Shown in pieces: positions 60,931-64,000 of a stretch of DNA of 64,000 nt. A model generated the notes under the pieces. It was not told the origin of the DNA and searched no databases. It worked only from the letters and a program-made list of their open reading frames with translations. The number at the start of each line of letters is the position of its first letter. Position 1 is the first letter of the stretch. Source of the stretch: Leucoraja erinacea (taxonomy: Eukaryota). The stretch spans positions 44,888,001-44,952,000 of the forward strand of contig NC_073379.1 in NCBI RefSeq assembly GCF_028641065.1. Direction: 5' to 3'. A program made the translations under genes and the position numbers.

Positions 60931-61449
60931 TAAAAGTCCATTCATAATTTTGGATAAAATTAGATTTTATTATTTATTAATTTATTAATTTATTTTTTCT
61001 AATTTCCTTTTTAGATTTACACCTGTCAAATTTAAATTTAACAAGTTTAGAAATGTTTTCACCCCCAGTTTTTTTGGTTGTTATTAATTTTATCTACATA
61101 AATCGGATTAATTCATTAAAGCTAAATGCAATTATATAATAAATTAAACATTTCATTTAACGGCATAATTAAACATTTTGGTTAGAAATAAAATAAATTA
61201 GGCATGATTTAATTCACATAATAGATTAAATACTTAGCTGTAAATCCGCACAGTAGCTAAGCCTGAAATTTCACTAGTGTGAAAAATCAGAAAATTGCTG
61301 TTAAGAACCATTAGATGGGGGGGGAAGGAGCGGGGAGTCAGTCTACCCCAGGACATGTTGTTCACTCATGGGCTACCCCTGTTCTCATGTGCAGTTCACT
61401 CAATGCCGAGGCTTGTGGACGCACAGTTCAGTCACTCACTGCTTGTGGA

Positions 61450-62160
61450 CCTCTAGACTCAGGGGGTGGTGGGGGTAGGGTGGTGGTGGGGGTAGGGGGT
61501 AGTTGTGTGGGAGAGGTGTGTGTGGGAGGAGTTGTACAGTTTGATAGCCACAGGGAAGAAGGATCTCCTGTGGCGTTCTGTACTGCATCTTAATGGAACC
61601 AGTCTTTTGCTGAAGGTACTCCTCAGGTTGAACAGTGTGAACAGGGGAGACAAAAGACTTGCCTTCCATCACAGTGGCTTCACTGTGATGGATGTTTGTG
61701 TGTATTTAATTTTGTGTATGTCTGTAAGACAGTGTCTTTGTTTGTATGGCTGTGGAAACAACATTTCGTTTGAGTCTCACTGGGGCTCAAATGATAATAA
61801 ATTTGTATTGTATTGTATTGTATTGTATTGTATATTGTATTGTATTGTGTCATGGAGGGGGTGAGCTGTATTGTCCAAGATGCTCTGCAGTTTGAGGAGC
61901 ATCCTCTTCTCCAAGACCACCTCCCATGAATCCAACTCCACCCCCAGGACAGAGCCAGCCTTCCTGATGAGTTTGTTAATCATATTGGTGTCCGCGGCCT
62001 TCGCCTTGCACACGGCAGCGAAGAAGATGGCACTGTCTACCACCAATTGGTAGAACATCTGTAGCATCTTACTGCAGACGTTGAAGGAGTGGAGCCTTCT
62101 CAAAAGGTACACCCGGCTCTGTCCCGTCTGGAACAGGGCCTCAACATTCCTGGACCAGTC
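61450..62160 (-). mobile_element. Rex1/Babar LINE fragment, interrupted at about 61640-61846 by an opposite-strand retroposon tail ending (TATTG)n
   Basis: YLLRRLHSFNVCSKMLQMFYQ, ILDNTAHPLH, STFSKRL...TERHRRSFFPVAIKLYN. Confidence 0.85.
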
Positions 62161-62357
62161 AATACATCAGCAAATTTGTAATGAACACAATAAATTAAAA
62201 ATATTCTTGTGCAACTCTGCAAACATTATAAGTATGTGTTTGGTGGCATGCTAAACCATAATACTCCTTTATGATATTTCCAGCCTAAAATACTCATTTT
62301 ATGTATCGAATATTTCAAAATATTATTTGCCCACTGATGTGCAATGACAATAAAATA

Positions 62358-62430
<73 letters not shown>
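62358..62430. repeat. (TTA)n microsatellite
   Basis: About 24 near-perfect units. Confidence 0.95.
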
Positions 62431-62725
62431 TAGCTTAGTTTAGTGAGAGATACAGATACACCACCGAGTCTGCACCGACCTGCGATCCACGCGCATTAAC
62501 ACTATTCTACACACACTAGGGACAATTTTACATTTACACCAAGCCAATTAACCTACAAACCTGTATGTCTTTGGGGTGTGGGAGGAAACCAAAGATCTCA
62601 AAGGAAACCCAAGCAGGTCACAGGGAGAATGTACAAACTCTGTACAGACAGCACCCATAGTCGGGATCGAACCCGGATCTCTGGCGCTGTAAGGCAGTAG
62701 TTCTACAGCTGCACCATCGTGCCGC
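62428..62725 (-). mobile_element. V-SINE
   Basis: Family motifs. Confidence 0.85.
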
Positions 62726-63719
62726 ATTTTTAACTGATAAAATCTAATTCTGTGCGATACTAGTGCTGGATAGAGACCCTATAAACAAATCACTAAATTG
62801 GATGAAAATGCTGTCATTTCCTGCCTTGAAAGATGTGCAAGATATTGAGGTGGCCATTACCCATGAGAGATTAAGATAAAATTCATACCTGCATGGGTGT
62901 TACCACGCTAATACTTGGGAAGGCTGAAGAAACTAATCAATGATGACATTTATTTTGAAATTATTGATTTTAAAATGCATGTACCTGGAAATTTGGAGAC
63001 GAGAGGGTGAGGGGACGGAGAGGATGAGGGAGAGGAGAGGAGAGAGGGAGAGGAGAGGAGAGGGGGAGAGGAGAGGAGGGATTCGAGCGGAGAGAAGGGG
63101 AGAGAGGGGAGTGGAGAATAAAAGGGAGGATAAAGTGGAGGATAAAATTTGCGGAGGGAAAAGAGGAAGGGATTTGCGGAGGGAAAAAAAGGAAAGGAAG
63201 ATGCAGGGGAAAAGGTAAACAATGCATCGGCAAATATTTGTGAACATCAATCTTTCATTGCCTATCTACTGTAACAGAGCAAAATTGGTTGGAAATCTCG
63301 GTACTTACAATCACATTTTCAGTACAGAGAATTCAACATTTTGTTGTTGAAATAAAGATTGGTGGCTGGATTTCTGGGCACCAAATTACTGGCTAGTCTA
63401 AATGTTAGAATGGGAACATAGTGCCCAAGCTCCAAATTAGATATAAAAGTGTTTTTGTTTCAACTAGATACTGGATAGTGAAGGTTGAGAAAGATAAGGA
63501 TCAAACACAAGCAAATGGGAGTAGCTAAAATGGGCATCTTCTGCAGTTCCTGCTTGAACACTTTGTCTACATCTTCTGTGACGGATGGATTGGGCCGAAA
63601 GGCCTGTTTCAGTGCTGCATGCTATGACTGTATAATGACTACTAGCAATTGAAGATGTCTCTTTGCATCACCTATAGTAAACGGTAACTAGGACTCTAAA
63701 ATCATTCATTTCTGTGAGC

Positions 63720-64000
63720 CCATATAACCGTATATAACCATATATAACCATATAACAATTACAGCACGGAAACAGGCCATCTCGGCCCTTCTAGTCCGTG
63801 CCGAACACTTATTTTCCCCTAGTCCCATCTACTTGCACTCAGACCATAACCCTCCATTCCTTTCCCATCCATATACCTATCCAATTTATTTTTAAATGAT
63901 AAAATCAAACCTGCCTCCACCACTTCCACTGGAAGCTCATTCCGCACAGCTACCACTCTCTGAGTAAAGAAGTTCCCCCTCATGTTACCCCTAAACTTCT
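63720..64000 (-). mobile_element. CR1 3' end with (CATATAAC)n tail, running off the window
   Basis: Reverse complement of ACTCAGAGAGTGGTAGCTGTGCGGAATGAGCTTCCA and GGGCCGAGATGGCCTGTTTCC. Confidence 0.85.

Noticed and set aside
62933-63250. Arg/Glu/Gly-rich or Leu/Ser-rich ORFs
   Set aside because: Polypurine (GA-rich) low-complexity tract.

Overview
Repeat-dense eukaryotic DNA. The tRNA-headed V-SINE/HE1-type SINEs, CR1 LINEs and Penelope relics point to a cartilaginous fish, probably a skate or ray (inference). There is no prokaryotic content and no CRISPR array. Mobile elements: about 20 CR1 fragments, about 13 SINEs, Rex1/Babar, RTE and Penelope relics, one full-length decayed CsRn1/Kabuki-like Gypsy element (50845-55339), two Tc1/mariner-type elements, Harbinger-like MITEs, an LTR-like segment and seven Helitron copies or fragments (one keeps Rep-Hel helicase sequence). 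Between the repeats, on the minus strand, is a spliced gene for a small type I membrane protein: signal-peptide exon 28387-28321, stalk exon 18680-18309, TM exon 12817-12679, cytoplasmic exon 7842-7738. Its second exon has two in-frame TGA codons around a Cys (U-D-C-G-R-H-U). It is either an unrecognised selenoprotein or a decaying/mis-assembled gene, and is the top candidate for follow-up. Boundaries of decayed repeats are approximate and were read by eye; no database searches were run.
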